From Pristiophorus japonicus (taxonomy: Eukaryota), in NCBI RefSeq assembly GCF_044704955.1, contig NW_027251778.1:434001-498000 (forward strand): DNA of 64,000 nucleotides. The letters are read 5' to 3'. This document shows positions 37,462 through 51,492 of the stretch, piece by piece; the stretch's first letter is position 1, and each line of letters opens with the position of its first letter. Under the pieces are notes generated by a model. It saw nothing but the letters and a program-made list of their open reading frames with translations, was not told the DNA's origin and searched no databases. Position numbers and translations under genes: made by a program.

Positions 37462-38499
37462 CAGACTCGAGGAGCAGTAATACATGGCCACCTGATCTGC
37501 CCGCAGGCCTGAGGTCTCCAGGTAGAAGTGGGTGTTGTTGGGTCTCCAGGCGGTGAATCCTTCCACCTCACTGGAGGGATCGAACATTTTAGCGTAGGTG
37601 GAATGGAAAAGGTTCTGAAGCTCCCGGTCAGGATGCCACCGGTACCAGGTGAAATAGGAGCCAGCTGTTGCTTCTGTGTAAAGGCAGTCGATGCCAACCG
37701 GAGTGCCTGGGGAATTGGATATGGAAGCGGGGGTCTGTTGGATCAGCACTGCCCCCACATCTGTAAAACCGAGAAAGAGAGAGAGTTAGAGAGAGAGATA
37801 AACCCAGGGAGAAATTGCATACAGACACCCACCTTGAAGGGGCACAGGAGAGGAGAGAGAGTGAGGGAGAGAAGAGGCGAGTGAGGCAGAGCGACAGAGC
37901 GAGACGGAGGGAGCGTGAGGGAGGGAGTGAGACAGCGGGACGGAAAGAGAGAGAGAGGAAAACAGAGAGAGGAGATACAGAGAGAGAGAGTTAAGCCGAG
38001 CGACAATCTATCCATCACCAGAGGATGAGAAGGAGCACATGTGGAAAGAGAGATAGAAACGAGAAAAAGTGAGAGAGAAAGAGAGAGACAGAGACAAGGG
38101 AAATATAATTAGCCAGTCAGGCAGTAAGACTCACAGAGAGAGGGGGAGAGACAGACAGAGAGAGAGTGGCAGTGAGGTAGGGAGGCACACAGACAGAGAG
38201 AGAGAGTTGGATACAGAGAGAGGGAGACAGGCAGACATACAGAAAGGGAGAGAGTTGGTGGCAGTGAGGGTGGGAGACAGAGAGAAGGAGTGAGATAGAC
38301 AGACAGAGAGAGAGGACACACTATAGCCCGAGGGGGAGAGAATCTGGACCAGCCCGCGGTGTGAAGGGATACACGGGGAAATTAAAGTGAGGATCGCTGA
38401 GATCTCACAGCCCAGCTCCACCTGACCCGTTAACACCAGCAACACAAGCCAGAGCTGGGACACAGGCATCTCTGGGGGAAGGGAGATCTGGGGGTTCAT
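37462..38499 (-). pseudogene. TRBV: TRB V segment V7, family A, open frame but defective RSS
   Basis: Leader 38427-38499 has a weaker gtcagg donor. V exon 37462-37760 is open and ends YYCSSSL. The heptamer is CATAGTG (37455-37461), which breaks the essential CAC. Confidence 0.8.
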
Positions 38500-38807
38500 G
38501 GTGTGCAACCTCTGAGTATCTCACAGTTCTGGGCACTGTGGCATTTACTGACCCCCTGCTCTCCAATGTTCAATGTGCGGATGGGAGGGGCCAATCTCTC
38601 TTCACCAGTTTATTGGTCCCCTCATCGGGACTGGTCATTAGCGGGGCGGGGCTAATGGGGACTCTGGGTAATGGGCGATCCGTTTCCTCCCTTGCTGGCG
38701 GTGTTAAGGTTTCTATAAACCTGTAATAACTGGAAGGAAGACAGAAAAACGGCGTCATACGCTCTGCCTGTCTCATTCCACATATAACCAGTGAGTGAAT
38801 AAATGGC

Positions 38808-39192
38808 TGTTCCTGTATCTAACCCGTGCTGACCCTGTATCTGTACCATGCTGACCCTGTATCTATCCCATGCTGACCCTGTATCTAACCCGTAATTTTC
38901 CTGTATCTAACCCGTGCTGTCCCTGTATATAACCCGTTCTGACCCTGTATCTAACCCAGATTTCCCTGTATCTAACCCATGCTGACCCTGTATCTAACCG
39001 GATGTCCCTGTATCTAACCCGTGCTGTCCCTGTATATAACCCGTTCTGAACCTGTATCTAACCCAGATGTCCCTGTATCTAACCCATGCTGACCCTGTGT
39101 CTAACCGGATGTCCCTGTATCTAACTCGTGCTGTCCCTGTATATAATACGTTCTGACCCTGTATCTAACCCAGATGTCCCTGTATCTAACCC
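38808..39192. repeat. ~22-bp minisatellite (duplicate copy)
   Basis: Same unit as 25265-25840. Confidence 0.88.
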
Positions 39193-39314
39193 CTACTCAT
39201 GCACCCTCTGTGTTGACTCCACCTGAAGCAACGCAGCGCTTGCTCCGCCCCTGAGCCCCGTTCTCTGCTGCCCCGGTTTTGAGTTGCACCGCCCCAGCCC
39301 CTTGTGTCACTGTG

Positions 39315-39750
39315 AAGACTCCTGCTGCAGTCATACACCCTCGAGTGCTCCGCTCGTAAATGGCTGTCTGCAGGTGGAAGGTGAACTGGTCGGCTCTGGA
39401 GGCGGGGAATCCGTCCACCTCTGCTGCTGGCTCGATGCTGTCGACGTTGCGAGAGAAGAAAAGCAGCGGGAGCTCTCGGTCTGGGAACTGGCGGTACCAG
39501 GAAAACCCTGAGTTGAAGAATCCCACCGCAGAACAGCTGACGAGCAGCGGGGAGTGCAGGGAACTGGAGATTGCAGCCGGAATTTGCAGAACTTTGCCGC
39601 TTGCGACACCTGCGATTATGAGCAGAAGAAGTGGGTTTTAACACAGGGCCGCTGACATTGTGAACCAAACTGCGACCAAGCAATTGCGGAGAGAGACTTA
39701 CTGTGCAACAGCAGTGCGGAAACAAGGCACCGCGTTAAATGCATTTTCAT
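39315..39750 (-). pseudogene. TRBV: TRB V segment V8, family C pseudogene
   Basis: Paralogue of V4. Leader 39702-39750. V exon 39315-39609 is 295 nt versus 296 in V4, with a -1 frameshift in FR3 near 39360, and YYC has become YDC. RSS at 39276-39314. Confidence 0.87.
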
Positions 39751-42398
39751 TGAGAGCTTGCAGAAGAGAAATAGAGCGTGGAATTTGCAAGATTCTGCAC
39801 ACTGGCTCCCATGCAAGAGTTTCTGTCTCTGCAATTCGGTGTGATTGACAGCTGCAGAACCCATCCCTTAAAGCCTGATTGACAAATGTGCACGACAAGC
39901 CCCGCCCCTCCCAGCTTCTGCAGGCTCTTACATAAGAATATAACATACGAACACAAGAAATAGGAGCAGGAGTTGGCCATACTCCTCCTCGAGGCTCCTC
40001 CGCCATTTAATACAATCTTTACTGATCTGATCATGGACTCAGCTCCACTAACCTGCCCGGTCCGCTTAACTCCTAATTCCCTTACCGATTAAGGAACCAC
40101 CTCTCTCTGTCTTAAATATATTCAATGAAACTGCTTCCACAGCTGTCTGAGGCAGCGACTACCATAGATTTACAACATACTGAGGGAAGAAATTCCTCCT
40201 CATCTCCTCATCTTAGAATAATGGGCGGCCCATTATTCTAAGATCATGCGCTCGAGTTCTGGTCTCCCTATTCAGTGGAATTATCCTCTCTGCATCCACC
40301 TTGTCGAGCCCCCTGGTAATCTTATATGTTTTGATAACACCACCTATCATTCTTCTGGAATTCAATGAGTAGAGGCCGAACCTACTCAATCTTCCTTCAT
40401 AAGTCAATACCCTCATGCTCGGAATCAACCGAGTGATCCTTCTCTGAACTGCCTCCAAAGCAAGTATATTCTTTCTTAAATATGCAAACCAAAATTTCAC
40501 GCAGTACTACAGGTGTGGCCTCACCAACACACGGTATAGCTGTGCAAGAATTCCCTGCTTGTATACTCCATCCCCTTTGCAATTAACGCCAAGATACCAT
40601 TGGCCTTCCTGATCACTTGCTGTACGTGCGCACTATCCTTTTGTGTTTCATGCACAAGTGCCCCCAGGTCCGGCTGTACTGCCGCACTTTGCAAATTTTC
40701 AACATTTTAATAATAACTTTCTCTTTGAATTTTTTTCGGCCAAATTGCAAGACCTCACACTTTCCAACATTATACGCCATCTGTCCGATTTTGGCCCACT
40801 CACTTCCCCTGTCTATGTCCTTTTGCAGATTTTTATTTCCTCCTCATACATTGCATTTCCTCCCACCTTCATATCATCATCAAACTTGGCTACGAATTAA
40901 AGGGTTACACTTTTGGCGGGGCTGCTTCAGAAGGCACCGAGAATCTGTCAGACAAGTGGGCAAACGGTTTGCAGCAGAAACTCGAGCACCTGCTCGGGGG
41001 TGGCAGCTGTCCTCCTGAGAAACGGATCGGCAGCGCCATCTCGCGTCTGCCCAGCGAGCAACACCCGTCACACGGCTCAAGGTTCTCAGATTAACTGTCT
41101 CATGTCTGTATGGTGCTGTTCCGCTTATAGCGGTGAATGTGAAGAGCAGGGTTCAAAAAGGTGCTTACATTTATTTAAGGTTTTGATAGAGTAACTAAGG
41201 AGAAACAGGACCCAGTGGTAGGAGAGACGATAAAGAAAGGAGAAAGATTTGAGGTAATTTGCTAAAGAACCAGAGCCGGAGGTGAGTAAAAGCTTTCACC
41301 TCAGTGAATTATTGTGATCTGGAACGCGTTGCTTGAAAGGGTGCTGGAAGCAGATTCAATAGTAACTTTTAAACTGGAGTTGGATAAATATATGAAGGGT
41401 ATATTTTCAGTGCTGTGGGGAACGGGTCAGGGGACTGGGACTAATTGGATAGCACAGACACGAAGGAGCGAATCGCCTTATTCTGTAATGTATCGTTCTA
41501 TGATTCTATGATAATCAGCTCTTCTCGTTGCAATTGCGATAGGGCAAGTAACAGGAGGCAGAAACGTCTCCTCTGACAGTATGAGCCTGGGAACTATTCA
41601 CTGGTATAATCAGGAGCTACGCGCAATTCCGACCCTCTTCCTGCATTCGTTCCTTCAACGCAAGCATTCTCCCATTTAACCGATCTTATAATCTGTTGCA
41701 GACACACAGAGTATATTTAATGATTAGCACATCCGAAACATTGATACGTCATTGTTAATAATGAATAATATGTTGAAGTAATCTCAAGTGAAAGAGAATA
41801 AGAAGATCTAACAATGTAAATAAAAATAAAATCCAAAATATATCATTTATTTAAATNNNNNNNNNNNNNNNNNNNNNNNNNNNNNNNNNNNNNNNNNNNN
41901 NNNNNNNNNNNNNNNNNNNNNNNNNNNNNNNNNNNNNNNNNNNNNNNNNNNNNNNNNNNNNNNNNNNNNNNNNNNNNNNNNNNNNNNNNNNNNNNNNNNN
42001 NNNNNNNNNNNNNNNNNNNNNNNNNNNNNNNNNNNNNNNNNNNNNNNNNNNNNNNNNNNNNNNNNNNNNNNNNNNNNNNNNNNNNNNNNNNNNNNNNNNN
42101 NNNNNNNNNNNNNNNNNNNNNNNNNNNNNNNNNNNNNNNNNNNNNNNNNNNNNNNNNNNNNNNNNNNNNNNNNNNNNNNNNNNNNNNNNNNNNNNNNNNN
42201 NNNNNNNNNNNNNATACGAATAGATGGATAGATCTGTATTCAGACACGCAGACAGATAGATACTCATATAGATAAATGGCTAAAGAGACACATAGAGACT
42301 CAGATAAACATGCAGACAGGTACAGATCTATCTCCCACAGGTGTTTCCTGCCATGGTGGGGTTTGTGTCGAGCCTCTCCATCTCCCTGAGTCACTGTG

Positions 42399-43076
42399 CA
42401 GACTCCAGGCGCAGTAATACACGGCCGCCTGATCCGCACGCAGGCTGGAGGTCTCCAGGTAGAAGTGGGTGTTGTCGGGTCTCCTGGCGGTGAATCCGTC
42501 CACTTCACCGGAGGGAGTGACCGTTCCACTGACGGTGGAATAGAAAAGGTTCTGAGGCTCCCGGTCAGGGTGCCACCGGTACCAGGTGAAAGTGGAGCTA
42601 ACTGTTGCTTCTGTGTAAAGGCATTCGATGCTAACCGGGGCGTTCGGGGAATTGGATATGGATATGGGGGACTGTTTGATCAGCACGGCCCCCACATCTG
42701 TAAAAACGACAAAGAGACTAGATTTAGAGATAGAGATAAACCGAGAGAGAAATTTTATATAAACATCCGCCATGAATGAACAGAGGAGGGGAGAGAGAGT
42801 GAGGGAGAGAGGTGGCGAGAGATGCAGAGAGACAGAGCGAGATGAAGAGAGCGAGAGAGAGAGGGAGGGAGTGAGAGAGGGACGGACAGAGAGAGAGAGG
42901 CAAAGACAGAGACAGAATGAGATATCAAAAGAGAGATAAACCGAGCGACAATCAACAAACATCGGAGGATGAGAAGGAGCACATGAGTAGTGAGAGATAG
43001 AAACGAGAAAGTGAGCGAGACAGAGAGAGAAATAGAAACCCGAAGGTGAGAGAGACAGAAAGAGAGAGTCGGAGAG

Positions 43077-43109
<33 letters not shown>

Positions 43110-43333
43110 GTGGGAGACAGAGAGAGGGAGATAGACAGACAGACAGAGAACACACTATAAACCGAGGGGGAGAGAATCTAGACCAGCCCGCGCTGTGAAG
43201 GGACACACAGGGAAATTAAAGTGAGGATCGCTGAGATCTCACAGCCCAGCTCCACCTTACCCGTTAACACCAGCAACACAAGCCAGAGCTGGGACACAGG
43301 CATCTCTGGGGGGAGGGAGATCCGGGGGTTCAT
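42399..43333 (-). CDS. TRBV: TRB V segment V9, family A, intact
   Basis: Leader 43261-43333. V exon 42399-42697 ends YYCAWSL. 23-RSS at 42360-42398. Confidence 0.92.
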
Positions 43334-46109
43334 GGTGTGCAACCTCTGAATATCTCACAGTTCTGGGACTGTGGCATTTACTGACCCGCTGCTCTCCAAT
43401 GTTCAATGTGCGGGTGGGCGGGGCCAATCTCTCCACCAGTTTATTGGCTCCCCCATCGGGACTGGTCATTCCCGGGGCGGGGCTAATGGGGACTCCGGGT
43501 AATTGGCGCCCTGTCTCCTTCCTTTGATGGTGGAGTTGGGGTTTCCTTAAACCCACAACACGACCGAGGCTTCATTGGAGAGGGCAGTGAGGGGATGAGG
43601 AAAAGGAGTTATACTGTCTGTCTGCTTCTTACTGTTCATTTCATTTTATCTAATCGGGGAGTGAGGGGCTTTACTCTGCATCTAACCAGTGAATTGTGGA
43701 CTTTACTCTGTATGTAACCATTGAGAGATGGAATTTACTCTTTAGTTAATCCCATGCGCTGCCGTGTATCAAGCAGGCGCCCCATGTATCTAACGGCTGG
43801 AGGTTGCTACTGGAACTGCAGAGTTTGACAGTGGCTTCGCTCTTCTGACTATTGAGTTGGTTGAAATGTATGTTCGTCCAGCACTGGATGTGGGACAAGC
43901 AGTGTAATTCATCAGAGACAGCAGAATGGACGAGTCTGGTGATGATGAGGTAGAGCTGGGTGTCATCAGTGCCAGTGTAGAACCTCATATTGCATATTCA
44001 GATAATGTCGCCAAAGGGAATCTTGTAGAAGGGAATTAGGAGGCGGCGGGGGGCGAGGACAGATCCTTTGGGGGACACCAGAGGTAACAGTGCCGGAGTG
44101 GTAGCTCAATCACAATGTGCATATCATTAAGAACCATTTGCAAATCAAAACTAACAGCCAAATAAATAACGTGGTTTATGTATTGTTAAGCTGTCGTGGG
44201 TCATAACGCATCACGAGAAAGCAGCAGACATGAGGAAGTCTAACTGCGTTTTTGTGCCAAATGGTCGGGAAATGAAAGGGTTACAGAACCAGCAGAGTTG
44301 AGCATTAAGGGGACTCGTACATCTGCCGCGGCCTTGCTCATTCTGTGCCAAAGGTAGATCATGGCCCAGGCTACAGTGAAGCTACAGCGCCAGCTAGTGC
44401 CAGCAACGTGCAACTACATGCACCTGGGTTTTATTAATACCGCAGTACATGATTTGGGAGGCGTTTTCAAGTCAGGCCTGAAATTGAAGCGCCTTGCAAT
44501 TATGTTCTGCCCTCCCTCAGATGTTGCTGTTTCTTACATTGAATGAAATCTAATTTACTCCTCGGAATCTGGCCCTTTGGCATGACTGGTCCAGGCTGCT
44601 TTTTATGCTCTAAGGTTCTTCGTACACCCCTCTCCATCTCACTCTATCAGCAGAACCTGCTATTCCTTTCTCCCTCCTGTCTTTACCCAGCTTCCACGGT
44701 TTTTGCCTCAAGCAATCCTTGTGGTAACAAGTTCCCCATCCTGGCCACTCTCTGGGTGAAGAGGGTACTCCTCAGCTCCCTATTGGGCTTAGTCGTGACT
44801 ATCTTATATTTGTGGGCTCTGGTTTTGGTCTCCCTCATCAAGTCAAAGGTTCTTCTCTGCGGCTACCCTTTGTTAATCATAAATTATTCCAATTGTGGTC
44901 CACCAACGGTATATGGAGGCCACAACAGTGCTTTTTATATTCAATCAGCTGCTGACAGGCCAGCATTTATTGCCAATTCCAATTACTCCCCAGGAGGTGG
45001 TGGTGAGCTGCAGTCACATTTAAAATTGAGTGGCTCGCTAGGCCATGAAGGAGCCAACCACATGGCAGTCGGTCTGGAGTTACATATAGGCCAGACAGTG
45101 TAAGGACAGCAGATTTCCTTCACTGAAGGGCATTAGTGAACCAGATGGGTTTTACAACATTCGGCTAATTGTCACCAATTCTGATGCTGGCTGTGTATTC
45201 CAGATGTGTTTAATCATTTGAGTTTAAGTTCCCCAGCTGCCATGCAGGCATTTTAACTCCTGCCTCTGGCTGATCAGCAAACTAACCACTATGCTACCAC
45301 ACGCCATGTAGCTCTGTGCGGTGGTCCAATTGTGCTTTAGCGAAGGCAACATAAGGACGTAAGAAATAGGAGCAGGATTCGGCCATTTGACCCCTCGAGC
45401 CTGCTCCGCCATTCAATAAGATGATGGCTGATCTGATCATGGACTCAGGTCCACTTCCCTGCCCGCTCCCCATAACCCTTCATTTCTTTGTCGCTCAAAA
45501 ATCTGTCTATCGCCCTGTTAAATATATTCAGTGACCCAGTCTCCACCGCTCTCTGGGGCAGAGAATGCGACAGATTCACCAGCCTCTGAGAGAAGAAATT
45601 TCTCCTCCTCAGATTTACATGGCGGTCCCTTATTCTGAGGCTATGTGCCCGAGTTTTCCTTTCCACTATGAGTGGAAACATCCTCTCTGCATCCACCTTG
45701 TCGAGCCCGCTGATTATCTTATCAGTTTCAATAAGATCACCTCGCATTCTTCTGAATTCCAAAGTGTATAGGCCCAACCTGCTCAACCTATCTTCATAAT
45801 TCAACACACTCATTCGGAATCAACCTCGTGAACCTTCTCTGAACAGCCTCCAACGTAAGATTATGCTTCATTAAATACGGATATCAAAACTGTATGCAGT
45901 ACTTCAGGTGTGACCTCACCAATACCCTGCACAGTTGTCGCAGGACTTCCCTGCTTGTATATCTATCCCCTTTTGCAATAAAGGGCAACATTCCATTTGC
46001 CTTCCTGGAGAAGAGAACTGAACTCTGGTCACTGTTTGCTCAATTCGCTGTAAAATTACACCAGCCTGAGGGTTTTTGTCAAGCTGGCGAATGATTCTGT
46101 GCCGCTGTG

Positions 46110-46841
46110 TCCCATCAGCAGTGGCACAGAAATACAGCGCCAGGTCGCTCGGTTCTACTGTCTCGATCTTCAGTGTGGATATCTTATTTTCCAACGTCCT
46201 GGTGATGGTGAACCCGCTCTCAAATCCCTTTTCATATCGAGCATCGCTGCTGAGGTAAATAGACCCGATTAACGCCAGTCCTCCGCCGGCGGACTGACGA
46301 TACCACAGCATGTTTTCGCGAACCGTCCCGTTCTGAAAACAGTTCAGCTCGGCGGATCCTCGCTGGCGTACGCTGAGCGAGCGGGGCCACTGATACGGCA
46401 CCTCGCCCCGGGAACCACCTGGAAACAGAAATTCGGGGCAACAGAATTAGCATCGTTAAAGTGAAACTCTCAGTGATACGTGTTGGGGTTGGGCCGATTT
46501 ATCGATAGATATTTAGCCTTTGCCCGAATTCCCAACAAGCAGCAGAAACAATGCAACTGTAAAATAAAACAGAGGACTTTGCAAAGTTCAATCAATTATT
46601 AAACAGTGGAAGTTATATTCATAGCATTTCAGGTTAAACATATAGCAGATTATTGAGTTATCTGACGTTAATTAATTGATTGCTTATCTATTAGACCACC
46701 GTATTTCACCACCACAGGACATTATTTTGATCACTGAATAACCCTTTCGGTTGAGCAATTATAGCACTGTGATTGAAAGGTGGATCTTAACATACTCAGC
46801 GTCAGAAAGAACCCAGCAGTGAGGAGGAAATGGAATCGCAT
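46110..46841 (-). CDS. TRBV: TRB V segment V10, family D, intact
   Basis: Leader 46796-46841 (MRFHFLLTAGFFLTL). V exon 46110-46418 ends YFCATADG. RSS CACAGCG-23-ACAAAAACC at 46071-46109. Confidence 0.92.
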
Positions 46842-49800
46842 CTTTGCCGGGGTTCCAGGACATGTTCCGCTGCTTGTTCTGGCTTTAAGTGAGCGACGCA
46901 AACTGAGCGAGTGCAAAATACAACGCCACAAGAGGAAGTTGCGTCACCGCAACACTATCCGCCACTACCTTAAATGATCGAATCAAAGAATCTTAGGAAT
47001 TTACAACACGGAAAGGGGCCATTTCGGTCCGACGTGTCCGCATCAGCTGACCAAGATTACCCAGCCGAATCCCACTTTCCAGCTCTTGGTCCGGAGGTAA
47101 CGGCACTTCAAGGTGCACATCCAAGTACTTTTTAAATGTGGTGAGGGTTTCTGTCTCTACCATCCTTTCAGGCAGTGCGTTCCAGACCCCCACCACCCTC
47201 TGGGTGAAGACATTTCCCCTCAAATCGCCTCTAAACGTCACCACAATTACTTTAAATCAATTCCCGCTGGTTATTGACCCCTCTGCCGATGGAAACAGGT
47301 GCTTCCTATCCACTCCATCCAGGCCCCTCATAATTCTACACACCTCAATCAGGTCGCCCCTCAGCTTCCTCTGCTGTAAAGTAAACAAACCCAGCCTATC
47401 CAATCTTTCCTCATAGTTAAAATTCTCCAGTCCAGGCAACATCCATGTAAATCTCCTATAACATAATAACACAAGAAATAGGGGCCTTTCGACCTCTCGA
47501 GCATGCTCCACCATTCAACTCGATCATAGTTGATCTGATCATGGGCTCAACTCCACTTCCCTGCCCGTTCCCCATAAACCTTTACTCCCCTATCGCTCAA
47601 AAATCTATCTATCTCCGCCTTAAATATAGTCAATGTGCCAGCCTCCACAGCTCTCTGAGGCAGAGAATTCCACAGATTTACAAGACTCTGGGAGAAGAAA
47701 TTTCTCCTTGTCTCGGTTTCAAATGGGCGGCCCCTTATTCTGAGACTATTTCCCATATTTTTAGTTTCCCTGAGTGGAAATATCCTCCCTGCATCCACCT
47801 TGTTGAGCCCGCTCATTACCTTATCAGTTTAAATAAGATCATTCTGTACCCTCTCCAGTGCAATCACATATATTCTGTAAGCTGACCATCTTTTCTGGTT
47901 TTCATCTTTCATCCTTGTTTCTCTCTTTCGTACTATACTTCCTTTGAGTCTGTCAACCTTACTTCCTTTGCTTTCTTTCTTCTTTCCGTCATTCTTTCAG
48001 GAGAATACTTTTAACTCGGCGAGTTACCGTGATATGGAATTCACTGCCTGAAAGTGCGATGGAAGCAAATTCAATAGTTAGTTTCCAAAGGCAATTGTGA
48101 ACAAACTTGAAAAGCATAATATATTGTGGACTATTGTATAATGGTAGGGGGTGGGACCAATTGTATAGGGAAGACCACAATTAGTGGTCACTAATATAGC
48201 ATAGTAACTAACATATCTACAAGGGAATTCAGGAGCTCTACTCACCCAAAGTGTGATGAGAATGTTTAATTTCTTACCCCAAGGAGTGCTGAACTGAATA
48301 GCATAGATGTACTTTTGGGGAAGATCGATACGGAATGAGTGAGACAGGAATAGAGGGATATGCCTATGGAGTGAGATGAAGAGGGTGGGAGGATTATACA
48401 TGGGACTAATTGGAAATCTCCTTCTAATACCCAGAACAGGCTCGATGGGCCGAATGCTCTCCTTCTGTGCTGTACGATTATGTAATACTATAAATCACAG
48501 AACATTTTGTTGGGTGAAAGTTCCCTCCGGTTTCAGGCACTGCGGATTTCAGATCCTATGTGGTAATCGAGAATTAAAGGGTTCAATACTTGGCGGGCTG
48601 CACTCCAAGATCGTTAGACAAACACTTCAGACTATATTAATGACTTGGATGAAGGGACCGAGTTCAATGTAGCCAAATTGGCTGATGATACATAGAGAGG
48701 TGGGAAAGCAACTTGTGAGGAAACATAAATCTGCAAAGGGATATAGACAGGCTAATTGAGTGGACAAACATTTGTCACATGGAGCATATTGTGGGGAAAT
48801 CTGAGGTTATCCAATTTGGCAGAAATAATAAAAAAGCAAAGAATAATTTAAAAGTAGAAAAAAATGAAAAGTGCTGCAGTACAGAGTGACCTTGTGGTCC
48901 TTGTGTATTAAAGAAAAAAGTTAGTATGCAAGTGAAGTAATCAGGAAGGCCAATGGAATGTTGACTTTTATTGCAAGAGGGATAGAGTGTAAAAGAAGAT
49001 AAATCCTGCTACCACTGTATAGGGTATTGGTGAGGCCACACCTGGAGTACTGCGTACAGTTTTCATATCCGTATTTCAGGAAGGATATACTTGTATTCGA
49101 GGCTGTCCACAGAAGGTTCACTTGGTTTGATTCTGGAGATGAGGGGGTTGACTTATGAGGATAGGTTGAGTAGGTTGGACCACTACTCCTTGTAGTTCAG
49201 AGGAATGTGAGGTAATCTTATTGAAACTTAAAAGATTATGACTGGGCTCGACAAGGTGGATGCAGAGAGGACATTTTCACTCCTCGGGGAAGCAAAAACT
49301 AGGGGACATAGCTCCGAATAAGGGGCCGCCCATTTAAACCTGAGATGAGGAGGACGTTCTTCTCTCAGAGGGATCTAAATCTATGGAATTCTCCGCTCCA
49401 GAGATCTCTGGGGGCTGGGACATTGAATATATTTAAGGCGGAGAGAGGCAGATATTTGAATGATAAGGGAGAAAAGGATTATGGGGAGCGGATCAGATCA
49501 GCCATGATCTTATTGAGTGGCGCAGCAGGCACAAGGGGCCCTATGGCCGACTCCTGCTCCTATTTCAGATGTTGTGATGTAGCTAGAAGGCACAGAGAGT
49601 CTGACAGACAAGTAGGTTAACGGTTTGCAGCAAAGACTCGAGCACCTGTCCGGGGGCAGGTGTCCCAGTGAGAAACAGGTCTGCAGCGCCATCTCGCGTC
49701 TGCCCAGCGAGAAATAACCGTCACATGGCTCAGGGTTCTCAGATTAACTGTCTCATGTCTGTCTGGGCTGGTTCCTCTTATAGCGGTGAATGTGAAGGGC

Positions 49801-50549
49801 AGGATTCAAAAAGGTGCTTACATTAATTTCAGGGTTTTGATAGAGTAACTAAGGAGAAATTGGACCCAGTGGCAAGAGGGTCGATAACGAAAGGTGACAG
49901 ATTTAAGGATATTTGCTGGAGAACCAGAGCCGGAGGTGAGTAAAAGTTTTCACCTCAGTGAATTATTGTGATCTGGAACGCGCTGCCTGAAAGGGTGCTG
50001 GAAGCAGATTCAATAGTAACTTTTAACTGGAGTGGGATAAATATATTAAGGGTATATTTTCCCTGCTGTGGGGAACGGGTCAGGCGACTGGGACTAATTG
50101 GATAGCACAGACACGATCTAACAAATCGCCTTATTCTGTAATGTATCCTTCTAGGATTCGAGATAATCAACTCTTCTCGTTGCTATTGCGATAGGGCAAG
50201 TAACAGGAGTGATAAACACCTCCTCTGACTGTATGTGCCTGGGAACTATTCACTGGTATAATCGGGAGCGAGGCATAATTCCTTCCCATATTCCTGCATT
50301 CGTTCTTTCAACATTAGCGTTCTCCCATTTACCCCAGCTCAAAATCTGTTGTTGACACATAGATTATTTCTTAATGAATAGCACATCCGAAACATTGATT
50401 GGGGATATTTAATAATGGAGAATCTGTTGAAGTAATCTCAATTGAAAGAGAATAAGAAGATGCAACAATGTAAATAAAAATGAAATCCAAAATATATCAT
50501 TTTTTTTATTGGTATGACTTAAACAGTAGAGTTAGATAGCTAATAAAAT

Positions 50550-50626
<77 letters not shown>

Positions 50627-50814
50627 TCAGACAGTCAGTCAGAGAGACCGACAAACAGACAGACAGATAGATAGATAAAGAGACATAGAGATAAATGGGT
50701 AAAGAGACACACAAACAGACTCAGATAAACAGACTAGAGATATCTGTCTCCCACAGGTGTTTCCTGCCATGGTGGGGTTTGTGTCGAGCCTCTCCATCTC
50801 CCTGAGTCACTGTG

Positions 50815-51457
50815 CAGACTCCAGGCGCAGTAATACACATCCGCCTGATCCGCCCGCAGGTTGGAGGTCTCCAGGTAGAAGTGGGTGTTGTCGGGACTCC
50901 TGGCGGTGAATCCGTCCACCTCACCGGAGGGAGTGACCGTTCCAGCGTAGGAATAGAAAAGGTTCTGAGGTTCCCGATCTGGATGCCACCGGTACCAGTA
51001 GAAACGGGAGGCAGAATCTGCTTCTGTGTAAAGGCACTCGATGCTAACCGGGGTGTGCGGGGAATTGGAAATGGAAGCAGGAGACTGTTGGATCAGCACA
51101 GCCCCCACATCTGTAAAACCGAGAAAGAGAGAGAGTTAGAGATAGAGATAAATCCAGTGAGATATTGCATATAAACATCTGCCATGAGAGGCAGAGGAGG
51201 GGAGATAGAGTGATGGAGAGACGGGGCTAGCGAGGCAGAGAGGCAGAGCGAGAAGGAGAGAGCGATCGAGACTGAGGGAGGGAGTGAGACAGCGAGACCG
51301 ACAGAGAGAAAGGTATAGACTGAGAGAGAGTGAGATACAGAGATAGAGAGATTAACCGAGCGACAATCTACACATCATCGGACGTTGAGAAGGCGTACAT
51401 GAGGAGTGAGCCATAGAGAGGAGAAAGTGAGAGGGACAGAGAGAGAGAGCGACAGAT

Positions 51458-51492
<35 letters not shown>

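Larger units (their letters stand above)
23800..51100. repeat. ~13.5-kb tandem segmental duplication
   Basis: V3/V7, V4/V8, V5/V9, V6/V10 and V7/V11 are offset by 13.35-13.66 kb and share intergenic sequence and LINE fragments. Confidence 0.9.
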
